The notes beneath the pieces were generated by a model, which worked only from the letters and a program-made list of their open reading frames with translations, searched no databases and was not told the DNA's origin. DNA of 63,465 nucleotides, taken from the NCBI RefSeq assembly GCF_004010195.1, contig NC_057720.1:31787366-31850830 (forward strand). Direction: 5' to 3'. Numbering within the stretch: position 1 is the stretch's first letter; each line of letters starts with the position of its first letter. A program made the translations under genes and the position numbers. Below are positions 1 to 12,999 of the stretch, piece by piece. The stretch comes from Chiloscyllium plagiosum. Lineage: Eukaryota.

Positions 1-3000
1 AATGTGTTAAAGACACATACGGGAGGTTTGTAATTCTTAAAGCCTTGATAAATGGGGAAGAATATGCATTTTAAATGTTTATTGTCCCCCAGCTCATCCT
101 CTTAAATTCTTGGTAGATGCTTTTTCTAAACTGATAAGTCTCAAGTTTCGGCACATAGGGGGAGATTTTAACTGCCTCATGGATCCCACAGTAGACAGGT
201 TGCCTAAAGGTCCCTCGATACCCTCTGCACAAACTAAACAGTTAATGGGTTTGTGTGGGTAATTAGGATTGGGGGACGTCTGGAGGTGTCTCCACCCTAC
301 AGGTAGGGATTTCACATTTTTCTCCAATCCACACAGATGTCACACGAGGATTGATTTTTTTCTGACCCCTGCAGTAACCCTGGATCTGGTGGCATCCTAT
401 ACGATTGGTAATATTGCCATCTCTGATCATGCTGCAGTGTACCTCATGGTTAAAACTAAGGATGTTACAGTGGATTCAAGGTACTGGCGAATGGACCCCT
501 TTATTCTCATGGACAGGAGGTTTGTGGAGTATTTCTCTATGGAATTTCGGGCATTCCTAGACATCAACATAGGCTCAGTTGATAGCTCATGTGTTCTCTG
601 GGAAACTGCCAAAGCTTATGCCAGGGGGTTTGTTATTTCATATTCCACAAGTAGGAAGCGGCAGAAGGGTGAGCAGCAATGTCTCCTTGAAGCACGGTTG
701 AAAGCAGCAGAGAAGGCCTATTTTGACAGAAGAAGGGCCTGTGCCCGAAACGTCGAATCTCCTGTTCCCTGGATGCTGCCTGACCTGCTGTGCTGTTCCA
801 GCAATAAAGTTTCAACTTTGATCTCCAGCATCTGCAGACCTCACTTTCTCCTATTTTGACAGACCCTTGTTAGTCAAACTACAGAGGATTACAGCACTGC
901 GGTCTGCTCTAAATTCCGTGCTCACGCAGATGGCAAAGAAGAAGCTGGCTTTTGCAAAGCAAAGGTTATACGAGCATAGTGACAAGCCAGGCAAATATTT
1001 AGCATACCTTGCCAGAAAGAGAAGTGCCCCACAAACCATTACAGCAATTAGGGAAGGATCTGGGAACCTAACATGTGATTCTAAAAAGATTAATGTGGCG
1101 TCCCAGAGATTCTACTCTAAGTTATATCTGTCGGAGAATTGTGAGGAGGGGCAGGCCAAAATGGAATCCTTTTTTAGAGATCTGAAGCTCCCGGGTGTGA
1201 CTCCCGAACAACAGTCCTTTCTCAATGCCCCATTATCAGAGCAAGAAGTGCAGGAAGCTGTGAGGCAGCTTCAGAGTGGAAAGGCGCCCGGCCCTGATGG
1301 ACTTCCCAGTGAATGCTATAAGAAATTTATAAGTATACTGTCAGGTCCGATGCTGAATATGTTTAATGATTCATACAGTCATGTTTGTCTCCCACCATCT
1401 CTGAGAGAGGCCAATATTTCACTTATTCTTAAAAAAGGGAAGGATCCGGAAGACTGTGCTTCATACAGGCCCATCTCGCTCTTAAATGTCGACTTTAAGA
1501 TCCTCTCTAAGGCCCTTGCGTTAAGGCTGGAGACTGTGTTACCCTCCATTATTAAAGAGGATCCGACGGGCTTCATAAAGGGTCGCAGATCCTCCAATAA
1601 CGTTACGAGGCTGCTTAACGTAATTCAAGCAAGCCAATAGCAGTCAATACAGGGATTGGTGATTTCTTTAGATGCAGAGAAGGCATTTGACCGAGTTGAG
1701 TGGCTGTACCTTTTCTATACTCTAGACCGGTTTGGTCTGGGCGAAGTTTTCATAAGCTGAGTAAAGGTTCTCCACAGTGTACCTCTCGCGGCAGTCATTA
1801 CCAACGGGGTACGATCAAGCAATTTTAATATTTCTAGGGGCAGCCGGCAGGGCTGTCCCCTTTCACCATTACTTTTTACGTTGGTGATTGAACCGTTGGC
1901 AGAGGCCATTCGTGGGGTCAAAATTACATAAGATCTCGCTGGATGCAGATGATGTTCTATTTTCTTGACAAATCTAGCAGTTTCAGTGCCTTGCCTGATA
2001 CAATGCATTCACGCGTTTGGTGCTTTTTCAGGGTATAAGACTAATTTTGCTAAATCAGAGGCTATGCCTATGGGTGGTCTTATGAAAGAGTTGGCTCTTG
2101 AGAGTGACTATAGATTCCCATTTAGGTGGTCACAGGGGGGTTTTGTGTATTTGAGCATATTCATTACTCCAGTTCTGGATTGGCTGTTCAAAGCCAATTT
2201 TACTCAATTATTTGAAAAAAATTAAACAAGATCGCCAAAGATGGGAGGCACTTCCAGTCTCATGGTTGGGTCGGATAGCGCTTACTAAGATGAATATTCT
2301 CCCTCGTTTGCTATTCCCTATACGGATGCTCCCCCTGATTTTCAATAAACAAACACTCAGGAGACTGAACAGTTGGTTCAGCTCCTTTATCTGGCACCAT
2401 AAACGGCCCCCCATTAAATTAGCCAAACTGAGTTGCCTCACAGATCGGGGGGAGTAGACCTTCCGGACATTAAAAATTACCAATTAAGCTCATTCTTGAC
2501 CTACCTAAGTGATTGGGTTTGTGGGGACACTCTTTCAATATGGCTAGATATCGAAATTTCCCAGGCAAGGTGTCCCCTTACCAGTTTGCTGTTTTTGGAC
2601 AAGGTGAGGACAGTTAGGGAATATTGCCATAACCCAATAGTCATCAATACTGTTAAAGCATGGAGGGCAATTTGGCAGAGGGAAGGTAATATTGGCAAAA
2701 CATCTTTGTTTACATCTTTTGTGGGTATGCCGAGTTTTCAACCAGGTATGATAGATTCAGGATTTAAACGTTGGGCAGCTAGGGGTATATCTTGTATGGG
2801 TGATTTATTTGTGGGAGATGTAATGATGCCCTTCGATCAGTTAGTATGGAAGTACGAGTTACCTAATAGAGACCTCTTTCGTTTTTTTCAAGTTAGGGAT
2901 TTTATTCAAAAAAAGACTACACTTTTGACTGATCCCTACAAATCTGGCATAGAAAGAGGGGTACTAAAGGCTAAGAGTACACTCTCTGTCAGTACTCTAT

Positions 3001-3970
3001 ATCACCAATTGGGGGGTGCCACCTCAGATGAGTCTGATTGACTCTGCAAGATGTGGGAAAGAGAGCTGGGTGTTGAAGTTTCTTCAGAGGCATGGGAGGA
3101 TATTTGGGAGAATGCAAGGAAGGTATCAATTTGCAATAGGACCCATGCTTTACAGTTGAAGATTCTCCACAGGGTCCACTTAGCCCCAAACCGTTTGTCA
3201 AAATTTAAACCAGGGGTATCTTCAGCATGTCCCAAGTGCAAGGTCTGTATGGGTACTCTTACCCACTGTCTTTGGTCTTGTGACAGGCTTCAAACATATT
3301 GGAGCGCTGTGGTGGGTGCAATGGAGAGGATTTTAGGTGTAAGGGTGGAGAAGGACCCTATTTCGATCCTTTTGGGCCTACCCATTGTATTTCCTGCAGA
3401 CTTGCATAAGGAAAAACTTTTCAATATTCTTACATTCTGTGCAAGGAAGAATATCTTGCTAGGTTGGATATCAGAAAAACCCCCAGGCCTGTCGGGTTGG
3501 CGGAAAATTGTTATGAAGCATATTCCCCTGGATTTTCTCACAAATATGGTACACCACAAAACTGAGAATTTTTACAAGACATGGCAACCCTTTTTGAAAT
3601 ACCTAGACACAGATTTATCTGCCACACTAACAAGGGCGTTTATATAGCCGTGACGATTGTGTTTCATGAGTCCAATATCCAGGGAGGAGGAACTGTGAAT
3701 GTATGAATGTTTAGTTTGGCTGGGCTGAGTTATTACTATTTATTTGTTTGTTGTTAGGTATTTATTTAGTTAGTTAAATAGCTAGTTTAGGGTTTTTTTA
3801 ATTTTATACTTCTCTATATATGTTTATACATTCGTATAGGAGGGTGGGTTGGGGAATTTTTTTTATTTTTTGGGTTTAGTTTTGTACTATTTTTGTATTG
3901 TTTTGAATTGCATTGTTTTGTATTTGTTGTAATATTTAAAAATCTATTTTTTCTTAATAATAAAAAAAAA
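1..3970 (+). mobile_element. L1-clade LINE, ORF2 (APE endonuclease-RT-CCHC) plus 3' UTR and A-tail; inactive, 5' end outside window
   Basis: Endonuclease motifs GGDFN (~160), RIDFFL and SDHAAV. RT motifs [37 protein letters not shown] and GSRQGCPLSPLLF, with DADD at the YADD position (~1942). C-terminal CPKC..H..C ends at stop 3647, followed by a T-rich UTR and aataataaaaaaaaa at ~3957-3970. In-frame stops (1638, 1758, 3039) and frameshifts (~2220, ~2455). Confidence 0.93.
731..849 (+). mobile_element. Penelope-type terminal-repeat fragment (family A, truncated hammerhead) inserted in L1 ORF2
   Basis: 14-bp TSD cctattttgacaga at 717-730 and 850-863. Removing the 133 bp rejoins ORF 269-859 to ORF 867-1640 in frame (..EKAYFDRPLLVKLQ..). 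Confidence 0.85.
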
Positions 3971-4269
3971 TTCAGGCATGTACGAACAGAAGAGATTCTT
4001 GCTCAGCCATGTGATTGAAAGAAAGTTGGAGCTTCCGCTCTCACTATCACTGCTCCAGACTACAGCAGCCTGTATGTTGTCACAACAATTCAGATTTCTC
4101 AAGTGGACAGTAACATAACTAAATAATTTGAACAATTACAGTTTCCTTATGACGTCAGATACAGTATGGATTGTTGCTAAGCATCTGGAGTTCCTATCAT
4201 TCAGAGGATCATTTTAAAGGATTCCATGTCAAATCTAAATCAACATTTGTCCTTAAGTCATAGTCTGCT

Positions 4270-5945
4270 ACAGAATTGTAGAATGGTTACAACACAGAAG
4301 GCCATTCAGCTCTGTTTTCATGCCAGCTCTGTGACAGCAACTAATGTCATTCCACTCCTCACCTTTTCTACATATCTCTGCAGATCTATTCTCCAAATAA
4401 TTAGTCAGTTTGTTTGGTTCATAGCCAAGTTTGAATCTACCTTCACTGTACATTCAGGCACTGCAGTACAGATACTCACTACTCACTGTGTAAAAACATT
4501 TAGAATCATAGAATCCCTTCTGTGTGGAAGCAGACCATTCAGCCCATCAAGTCCACACTGACCCTCTGAAGAGCAACCCAACCAGCCATAACCCCCTTCC
4601 CTATACCTGTAAACCTGCATTTCCATGGCTAATCCATGGACACTATGGGTAATTTAGCATGGCTAATCCATCTAACCTGCACTGTAGGAGGAAACCCATA
4701 CAGTCATGAGGAGAATGTGTAAACTCCACACAAACAGCTGCCTGAGGCTGGAATCAAACCCATGAGGCAGCAGCGCTAACTACTGAGCCACCGTGCTGCC
4801 CAACTTTTCTTTATTTTACTGACAGATCTCTTGTCATTCACCCTAAATTAATATCTCCTGTTTCTTGACGCTTCCATCAATAGCAACAGTTTCTTTCCCT
4901 GAAGTCTGTCCAGACCACCTCATGATCTTGAACACCTCAATCAAATATCCTTCCAAACTCCTCTGAAAATAGATTCTCCAATTTCATAATTTAAGTCCCT
5001 TATTCTGTTCTTGTGAATTGTTCTTGTGAATTGTTTTGTCACCTTTTTTCATGCTTTCACACCCTTTCTAAAGTGTGGTACATAGAATTGAAAGGAAACG
5101 CCACTTAATATCAAATCAATGTTTTATAAAGATTCAGAATAATTTCCTTGCTTTTGTACTCTATGCCTCTATTTATATAACCCTGGCATTCCTGTGCCTT
5201 AACCAGTTTTCTCAATCTCCCTGACACCTTCAATGTCCTGTGCACATTTAGCATCAGGTCCCTCTTCACCCCTTTTTAAATTATATCCTTTTTTATATTG
5301 TCTCTCCTTGTTTTCCTTATCAACATGTATCAGTTCACATTTTTCTCCACTAACCTTAGTCTACACTGTTTCACTCACACCATGAACATAGTGCATTACA
5401 GCGCAGTACAGGCCCTTCAGCCCTCGATTATGCGCTCACCTGTTAAAATAATCTGAAGGCCATCTATCCTACACTATTACATTATCATCCATGTGTTTAT
5501 CCAATGACCATTTAAAGGCCCTTAAAATTGGCGACTCTATTACTGTTGCAGGCAGGGCATTCCTCGTTCTTACTACTCTCTGAGTAAAGAACCTACCTCT
5601 GACATTTACCTTATATCCTAGGAAAAAGGCTCTCACCGTCCATCCACCCTAATCCTCTGAACATCTTGTATGTCTCTATTAAGTCACCTCTTCACCTTCT
5701 TCTCTCAAACGAAAACAGCCTCAAGTCCCTCAACCTTTCCTCATAAGACCTTTCCTCCATACCAGGCAACATGCTGGTAAATCTCCTCTGCACCCTTTCC
5801 AATGCTTCAGATCCTTCCTATAATGTGGCAACCAAAACTGTACACAATACTCCAAGTGCAGCTGCACCAGAGTCTTTTACGGCTGCAACATGATCTCATG
5901 GCTCCAAAACTCAATCCTTCTACCAATAAAACCTACCATACTGTA
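4270..5945 (-). mobile_element. Decayed CR1-like LINE 3' fragments (nested)
   Basis: Reverse-complement CR1 3' ORF2/UTR sequence (e.g. ccaggcaacatgctggtaaatctcctctgcaccctttcc) and catag-type tails. Confidence 0.7.
4501..4801 (-). mobile_element. HE1-like tRNA-derived V-SINE
   Basis: Minus strand reads gggcagcacggtggctcagtagttagcgctgctgcctca (A box), then a V-domain-like gtgtggagtttacacattctcc and a CR1-like tail. Confidence 0.8.
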
Positions 5946-6139
5946 CGCTGGTGCCCGAAATTAAGATTCCACCCACCCCCAACAGAATTCAAAATGGTAC
6001 ACTTGTTATTGAAGGGGACAGCCATATGGGATCCCTGCACTGTCTGCCTTTTCCCTTTCTGTCCCCAGCCTGTTTGTCCAATATGTGCAGGAAAGTTTGC
6101 TGACACAGTTTGTGTATACTGGATTAGTGGTGCTCACTT

Positions 6140-6895
6140 GTGGAAATTTGGTTGGAGAAATAGCTGATGTGGTTTAATCAGTACAAAGTGTGTGGTGATG
6201 CATCTTGGGAGGTCAAATAAGAGGAAAGTATACAATAAATGGCAGGACCTTAAGAACATTGATATGCAGAGGGATCTTGAAGTACAAGTCCAAAGCTCCC
6301 TGAAAATGGCAATACCAAATGGATAAGATGGTAAAGAAGGCATATGGTATGCTTGCCTTCATTGGTCAGAGCATTGGGTGGGTACTCCAGGTTTGGAGTA
6401 TTGTGTTCACTTCTGGTCACCACAATATAGGAAGGAGGTTGAGGCTTTGGAAAGGGTGTAAAAGTGGTTTACCAGAATGTTGCCTGGATTGGAGTGTATC
6501 AACGAAAGGGGATGTTGGACAAACTTGGATAGTTTTTGCTAGAGTGTGGGAGGCTGAGGGCAGCCTGACAAGTGTACAAAATAATAGAGGTGTGTTTGGG
6601 GTGGATAGTCAAAGTCTTTTTCCCCAATGTCAAATACTAGGGACTGTAGTTTTAAGGTGAGAGGGGAAAGGTATGTGAGGCAAGTGTTTCTACACAAAGG
6701 GTGGTAGGTACCTGGAACACACTAGAAGTGGTAGAAGCAGATACAATTGCGATATTTAAGAGGAATTTAATTCACACACAAACAGACAAGGAATAGAGGG
6801 AAATGGACCATTTCCAGGCAGATGGGATTAGTTTAGAATGGCATTATGGTTGGCACGTGGTGGATGGAAGTGCCTATTCCTATGCTGTTCTATGT
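6140..6895 (+). mobile_element. CR1 LINE 3' fragment
   Basis: Translation VKKAYGMLAFIGQSI; typical CR1 3' UTR ending ctgttctatg. Confidence 0.8.
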
Positions 6896-7129
6896 AATCA
6901 GGGAAAAATGTAGCAATAAAACTAAAAAGTCTGCGATGTGACAAAGGATATTAACTTTTTCCACTGCAAATTTGTTTTTTTTGCCCCCTTTTCATGCTTT
7001 ATGTATGTTTTTTTTTCCCTAGAGCTTCCTTCTATTTCCTCCTCCGCTTGTTTTAACTTAAACTTTTTCCTCTATTATCTCATTCCACCCACCCCCTGCT
7101 CTTAACTCCCATTCTTTTAAACTTCTTCT

Positions 7130-7330
7130 CTCCCTCGCTGAGTGTGGGGGACTCACCTCAGACTAAAGACGCCCCCGGTTAGTTCCTCCTGTGACCCGCC
7201 GTGGTTCAGAGCCATGTCTAACCCTTTCCACTCCGCTTATCTGCGGGGAAGCTTCGGCTCCTTCGCCGCCGACATGAGGAAAATGATCAACGCGCCGGAG
7301 ATGAGGTGAGAGCGGCCACGGAAAGCAGGA
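7130..7330 (+). promoter_or_regulatory. Small CpG-rich first-exon/promoter region of the BTBD19-like gene
   Basis: Local cluster of CpGs in an otherwise CpG-poor window, centred on the ATG exon. The TSS cannot be determined. Confidence 0.55.
7214..7305 (+). CDS. BTBD19: BTB/POZ domain-containing protein 19-like, coding exon 1
   Basis: Kozak-like gccATG; encodes MSNPFHSAYLRGSFGSFAADMRKMINAPEM+AG; donor AG|gtgag at 7306. Phase 2 joins exon 2 to give the S-D-V start of the BTB domain. Confidence 0.85.
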
Positions 7331-9976
7331 CATTCCGGGGATTGGAGGAGTACAATAGGCCCCACACGGACAGTCTTAATTTCGAATTTGAAAATAATAG
7401 ATTACGGATAATTCTAGGAGGATATGCTTAAAAGTGTCATGATAGCTTGTATTTTGATATAGAATCATTACAGGGAAAAGTTTTCTTTAAAAATACAAAT
7501 ATATATTTTACAAAACTTTTCAGTTATGAATAACCTTAAAATAAAAGCCTGTTTTTCTACACGTATACTTCATAAGTACTTTCATTGGCTGTTTCAGGAA
7601 TATGCTGGAATCGAGAAAGGATTCTAACGACTTGTAACATTTAATTGATACTTTGTGAACAGCTAAAGGTGCATTACTGGTGTGTCTTGATTGAATGATC
7701 TTACTGCTTCGGAGTTGAATTCCTGTAGAGAACTTCTTTCTAAATTCAGCTACAACATCTCACTTTTTGGTGGTCACCGTCTGGTTTTTGAGTCTGGAAA
7801 TTTCTAAACACGAAAACCAGTGGGGAGTCAGATGATGTAATGAAGAATACCCAAAATTCAACAGTTTGTAAAGTTTCGTGAAATACGTTTAGGTGGTAGC
7901 CAAACTCTAAACGGTAGATTCGTGCTTTTTGCTTACCTTTACTAATTTCTAGAAGTGCTGTATGAGTAATGATTTGATTAATGCAGTTTTGCATTTTAAA
8001 AAATCCCAAAGGAAGTCTTTTGAGTAGATTGGAACAATCTCAAATTACTGTCCTGACAAATCACTTAGCTTAACCTATTTAATGAAATATCATGTTGCAA
8101 CAAAAAGTGGCATTTTCTAAACATGAAAGGAAATCATTTACATTCCCATAAAGGCGACAAGGGTATCTTGAAGTCCCCACTAATCGCTAATACATGATGC
8201 ATTGAATGGTTAGTGGTTGTGGTGGAATCAAGGGAACAACAGCTGATAATTGTAAAATCAGGCACAGTGCACACTACAGTGAGGGATGTGGAATATTTAT
8301 CTTATTGAAGACCTGCTATTAATGGATGAAATCAGTTGAGGGCTGTGGACACAAAAAATCCAATTAATTCAATTTTTAAGAGAGAAAAGTGAAATGTTGA
8401 ACTCACCACTGTTTTACTGTAATGGCTGAGGTTGCATTGTCTCAGTGAGCCTTCCTATGTCTGCTGGCAATGAAGAAGTTGCTACTGTAACTGTTACTCC
8501 AAAATTTTACCCGTTAGTCTGGAATGCAGGCCTTTCTTTGCCAGAGAAACTTCTGAAAATAACTGCTCACTGCTTCTCTGTTTCCTGTCACTCAGCCAAT
8601 TCTTGTATGCATTATTTTACCGTCCCCTTTATTCCACAAATTATAAATTTCCTTAAAAGTCTCTTGTCCAACACTATCAAATGCCTTTTAAAGGCCATGT
8701 AAATCATATCATAGCATTGCCTTTATTGATCTCTGTTAAATCCTCCTCAAAACTGAACAATATGACTGAAAATAAATCTCATGGATAAATCATTTGGGAA
8801 AATTGCTAATCTATCTCTGTTACCCACCTCTTTGCCCCACCCCCTTTCCCATTCTGCCTCTTGCTGTCCCACTTTTTTCACTATTACTGCCCTTACCCAT
8901 TTCGGCTGTCTCCCACTCTCCTGCTTTCCTCCTTTTCCAAATTTCCCACTCTCACCATCTCTCCTTTTCTAATGTTAGTCTCTCTCTCTTTATCCATTTC
9001 CTCACTCTCATTCCAGGACAGATGATAGAGCCCTTGTTTTTCCAACTGAGTGATACAGGTATTATGTCAATAATCCTGTATTGTATTCTGGGAACTCTAA
9101 ACAGACCGTTCCAAACAAATGGAAAAGAAAAACTTTGCATCTCAGGTAGACTCTCTATGTGGAAACAATGTTTAGTCCCTATGTGCAGATTCAAACTGGT
9201 TTAATTTTCACTGCCAGTTGCCCCTTCCCCTCCCCCCACATGTTCACTGCAACCCCAGGTCTGACCTTTGTGAGGTGTTCCCTTCAGGTGTATGGCTCAT
9301 CACTTCAGGCAATTGCAGTCTGCAACAAATCCAGTACGTGTGGAAATAACCTGACAACTTTAAGCACATAGTATGTTGAGCTAAACCGAACAAAACAACG
9401 TTTCTGAACAGAACCATTCACACACTTACTGGATTTCAATTGTTATCACTTTCAGTGAAACTTGCACTGAAACTTACAGGATGGTCTGGTTGATTTGCTG
9501 CTGTCTTTGCCTGGTGCTATAGATAAAAGTGCAAGACTGAGGATGCATTGTATGATTAAGCTTTCCAGTTTAAACATAGTAGTAACATCATCTGGCAGTT
9601 TGAGAGGCCTTTACTGAAAGATGATATACTGCACCATGCAGGCTCATGGCACTTTTTAATATATTGCAGTCTAATAATAGCCCTGCACTAAATTACACAA
9701 GAACCAGCATTTGGCAAACATTAAATGAGACTGGAAATTAAAATTTCCATTGATACATCTAATTTCTAATCAAAAACAGAGTTACATTAATTAGCCACCT
9801 TTTTTAGAAAGTAGCTGAAACAGCATTTGTTTACAACAGGAAATAAGGATATAAGGATAGATAACCTGACGCTATACAAATACACTGTTTCAATCAGAGA
9901 AGCAGGCAAAAGTTATCTGCAAAATCCATTGAATTAGAATTCAGCAAAGCAAATTGTAATGATAGCCGAGAGATTC

Positions 9977-10058
9977 AAGTCTAGATTAGAGTGGTGCTGG
10001 AAAAGCACAGCAGGTCAGGCAGCATCCGAGGAGCAGGAAACTCGATGTTTCGGGCAAA
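9977..10058 (-). mobile_element. Penelope-type terminal-repeat fragment (family A)
   Basis: gctggaaaagcacagcaggtcaggcagcatccgaggagcaggaaactcgatgtttcgggcaaa, the same family as 731-849; truncated in the hammerhead stem II loop. Confidence 0.75.
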
Positions 10059-11599
10059 TTTCAAGTTAATTACCAGCAATGTTTTTGTCAAGTGTGTTGG
10101 TGTGGGGGGAATTTCTCTTTTTGCTAACCTCTGACTATTACTTGCCAACATGAAACTGAGTGCCCTTCATGTTAGAGATCACATCCTTCTTCTGGAAGGA
10201 AGAGGTTTGATAATTGAATCACCTTTATTCATTTGACAATTATTTTTTGACCCTAATACTTCCTGGCTGTCAAATTTCCAGTGACGTTGCTCACCATTTG
10301 AGTGCCATGCTATTATTATCATTAACAACAATAGTAACAACCCACATTTCTATGAAGCTTCTTGTTTGCCACAAGCTATATGTATAATAAGGAGGAACGT
10401 GATTTGGATGTGGAAATTGAGAGGAATAGGGAAACAGGAATGGAGACCAGTTGAGGAGGAGCGGTTTGGGGAGATTCTTGAAAGCAAGATGTTCAGAATT
10501 GGGAAGATATCTAACGAAGCAAGACTGGCAGCTCATGTTAGTGGATATTTATAATGGCCAACTCATCCAAAATTGACTCATAATTCTATTTGCTTCACTT
10601 CTGAACCCACAGTAATTACATCTGGTGACTTCCTCATATCATAAGCAACATTTGTACTGTCTTTTAACAGTTGATGTGTTGATGGGAACCATGTTTGGCA
10701 AGCCTACCTGCATTCTCTGGTAGGAATTTGTCTTTCTGTTCAATGATCTCTGTGTCTAATGGAGCACCTTCAGACTATCAGTCACCAAAAGAATCTTGGA
10801 AGCTGTCCAACCGACATCACATTTAAAGTTATGCGGCTGCTGAGGCACACGAATTAGATTTTATGTGTATACATCATTCAGATCTTTTCCACACACTAAC
10901 TCCTTTTTAACTTTGGTGCATTCCTGATGATTGCAGCTTTAAGTGAAATAACTTTATGTGAAGCATGATTTCCCATAAAAATCAGGGTTAAAACCAGAGT
11001 TGAATTCCCGCGGATGTTTCTTGCCTGAAAAAACCAATGTACGAGTAAGTGTGCATTCTTAACTGAAGTAACTTGCAAAACATAACAGAAACATTGTAAA
11101 AATTCAGATTAGACAACATTCACCCATGACTCAAGGATGACTTGCTTTCTGTGTGGCTGCTGAGTACAGTGTGCACACTGTAAACTCTGCCATGTGTGGC
11201 AGGTGTTGCTTGGAAAGTCAGTATCTGCTTGTGTTGGTACCTTTCCAGTAACAGTTAATGGTGTTACCGGTTCTTCTGTTCACTCTGGCACTGTGTGCTC
11301 TCTTTATGTCATTTCCATGAAGGTTTCCATTACCTCTTCCGTGAGTTAGATGTTCTTGCCAGTTGCTCCCAAAACAAAATGTGAGTGGATTCAGTTTCAA
11401 TGCAGTCTTCCTCTTCAGCTAGAACTATGTGAAGTTCATGTTTGGCAATTCCACTCCATAGGTTGCAAGAAATTAAACCAAGTCAGCATGATTGACTTTA
11501 ACTTCCCTTGTCAATGTCATAATGTCATATTAAGCCTCAGGAACAGTATAATGATTTTCTTCTTGGACACTGACACATTCAGGCCACAATCTCTGCCAT

Positions 11600-12960
11600 A
11601 CATTGTCCACACATGTTGATGTGACTTCATGCAAAGCTTTACCAGTATTGTTGATGTCTTTGTAGCCATATCAAAATCCCTTAACTGATGATGCTTTCTA
11701 ACAATTTGTTCCCTTGATGTGTTGAGAAAAGGTACAATGGAGGATTTGAGTGGTGGTCTGGTATTACTCCCTGATCAATGGGCTGTATCAATGAAGTCAA
11801 GTGGGTGCGGGAAAAGCAGCTTTACATTTTCAGAGACTTCATCAAGGCTGATGGAAGAATCTACATAGTTATCCAACAGGGGCAAGATGTTAAAGCCAAG
11901 AATCTGGCACAATATGCAAACAAACAGGATTGGCATACAGTGAGACATTCCTGAAAAAGTGACCCCATCATCTAGGTTTTCTTTTTGAGTACCAAAAGAG
12001 GTATAGATGCTCCTAGGAGTAAGCCCTCAATGCCCTTTGGTGCTTCACTCTGGTACACTACTAAAAGCTTAAGCCTAAAATCTCCTGCAACACTCCATGA
12101 GACCATAAGATGTAAGAGCAAAAATTGTCTATTTGGCCCATTGCGTCTGCCTACCATTCGATGAGATCATGATTAAGCAGAAAATCCTCAACTCCATTTT
12201 CCTGCTGTATCCCCATAACCCTTGAGCTCCTTACTGATTAAAAATCTGTCTGTCTCAACCTTGAGTATACTTAACGATCCAGCGTCTGCAGCCATCTGTG
12301 GTAAAGAATTCCACAGATTGACTACTCTCTGAAGAAGAAATTTCTCCTTATTTTTTGTTTTAAATGTGTGACCCCTCATTCTGAGATGATGCCTTCTGGT
12401 CTCTGACAAGGGGAAAGGACTTCTCAACTGCCTGAGGTTGGCAGGCATCTACTCTGTCAGGCCCTCTGTGAATGTTATCTACTTCAGTAAAGTCTCCTCT
12501 CATTTTCTAAACCCCTACACATACAATACTGACCTACTCAACCTCTCCTTAAAAGAAAATACCTGCATCCCAGGCATCAACCTAGTGAACCTTCCCACTA
12601 AGCAGAACTGTCAGGTGATTTTTGGCAGCTTGTACTTATTGACTTTGTCTTCTCTGGCAAAAGGTATGTCTTTTGTGGCATACCTTTTACAAAATAAGGC
12701 CTCCCGCTCAACAATACTGTAAACTTGTTTGGCTGAGTAACTACCATCTTCAATGACTGTCTTCAAATGGGAAGGGAATTCATTAAATGCTTTTGCATCA
12801 GCACTAGCTGCCTTGCCTGACATTTTAGTGTTGTGTAAACAGGAGTACTTCTTGAAACTGTTGAATGACAGTCTGAGAAGTCTCACCTTACTAATTTTGT
12901 TAGGCCTCAAACAGGCTATTGACTTTTTCTTGGATTTCCATCAAATTTAGAGGCACCTGG
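11600..12960 (-). mobile_element. Tigger/pogo-family DNA transposase relic, interrupted by a CR1
   Basis: Translations FKKYSCLHNTKMSGKAASAD..FP..LK..IEDGSY..QV (12611-12910), AGDFRLKLLVVY (~12050-12090) and TSLIQPIDQGVI (~11760-11800) match Tigger DDE transposase motifs. Confidence 0.75.
12096..12600 (-). mobile_element. CR1 LINE 3' fragment nested in the Tigger relic
   Basis: Translation FLLQRVVNLWNSLPQ; CR1 tail. Confidence 0.8.
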
Positions 12961-12999
12961 CACTGGTTTTGATCTTTGATCCAACAAGTCAGATGCTTT

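Noticed and set aside
269..3647. Active L1 ORF2
   Set aside because: Contains an insertion, at least three stops, frameshifts, an apparent deletion before the catalytic motif, and YADD changed to DADD.
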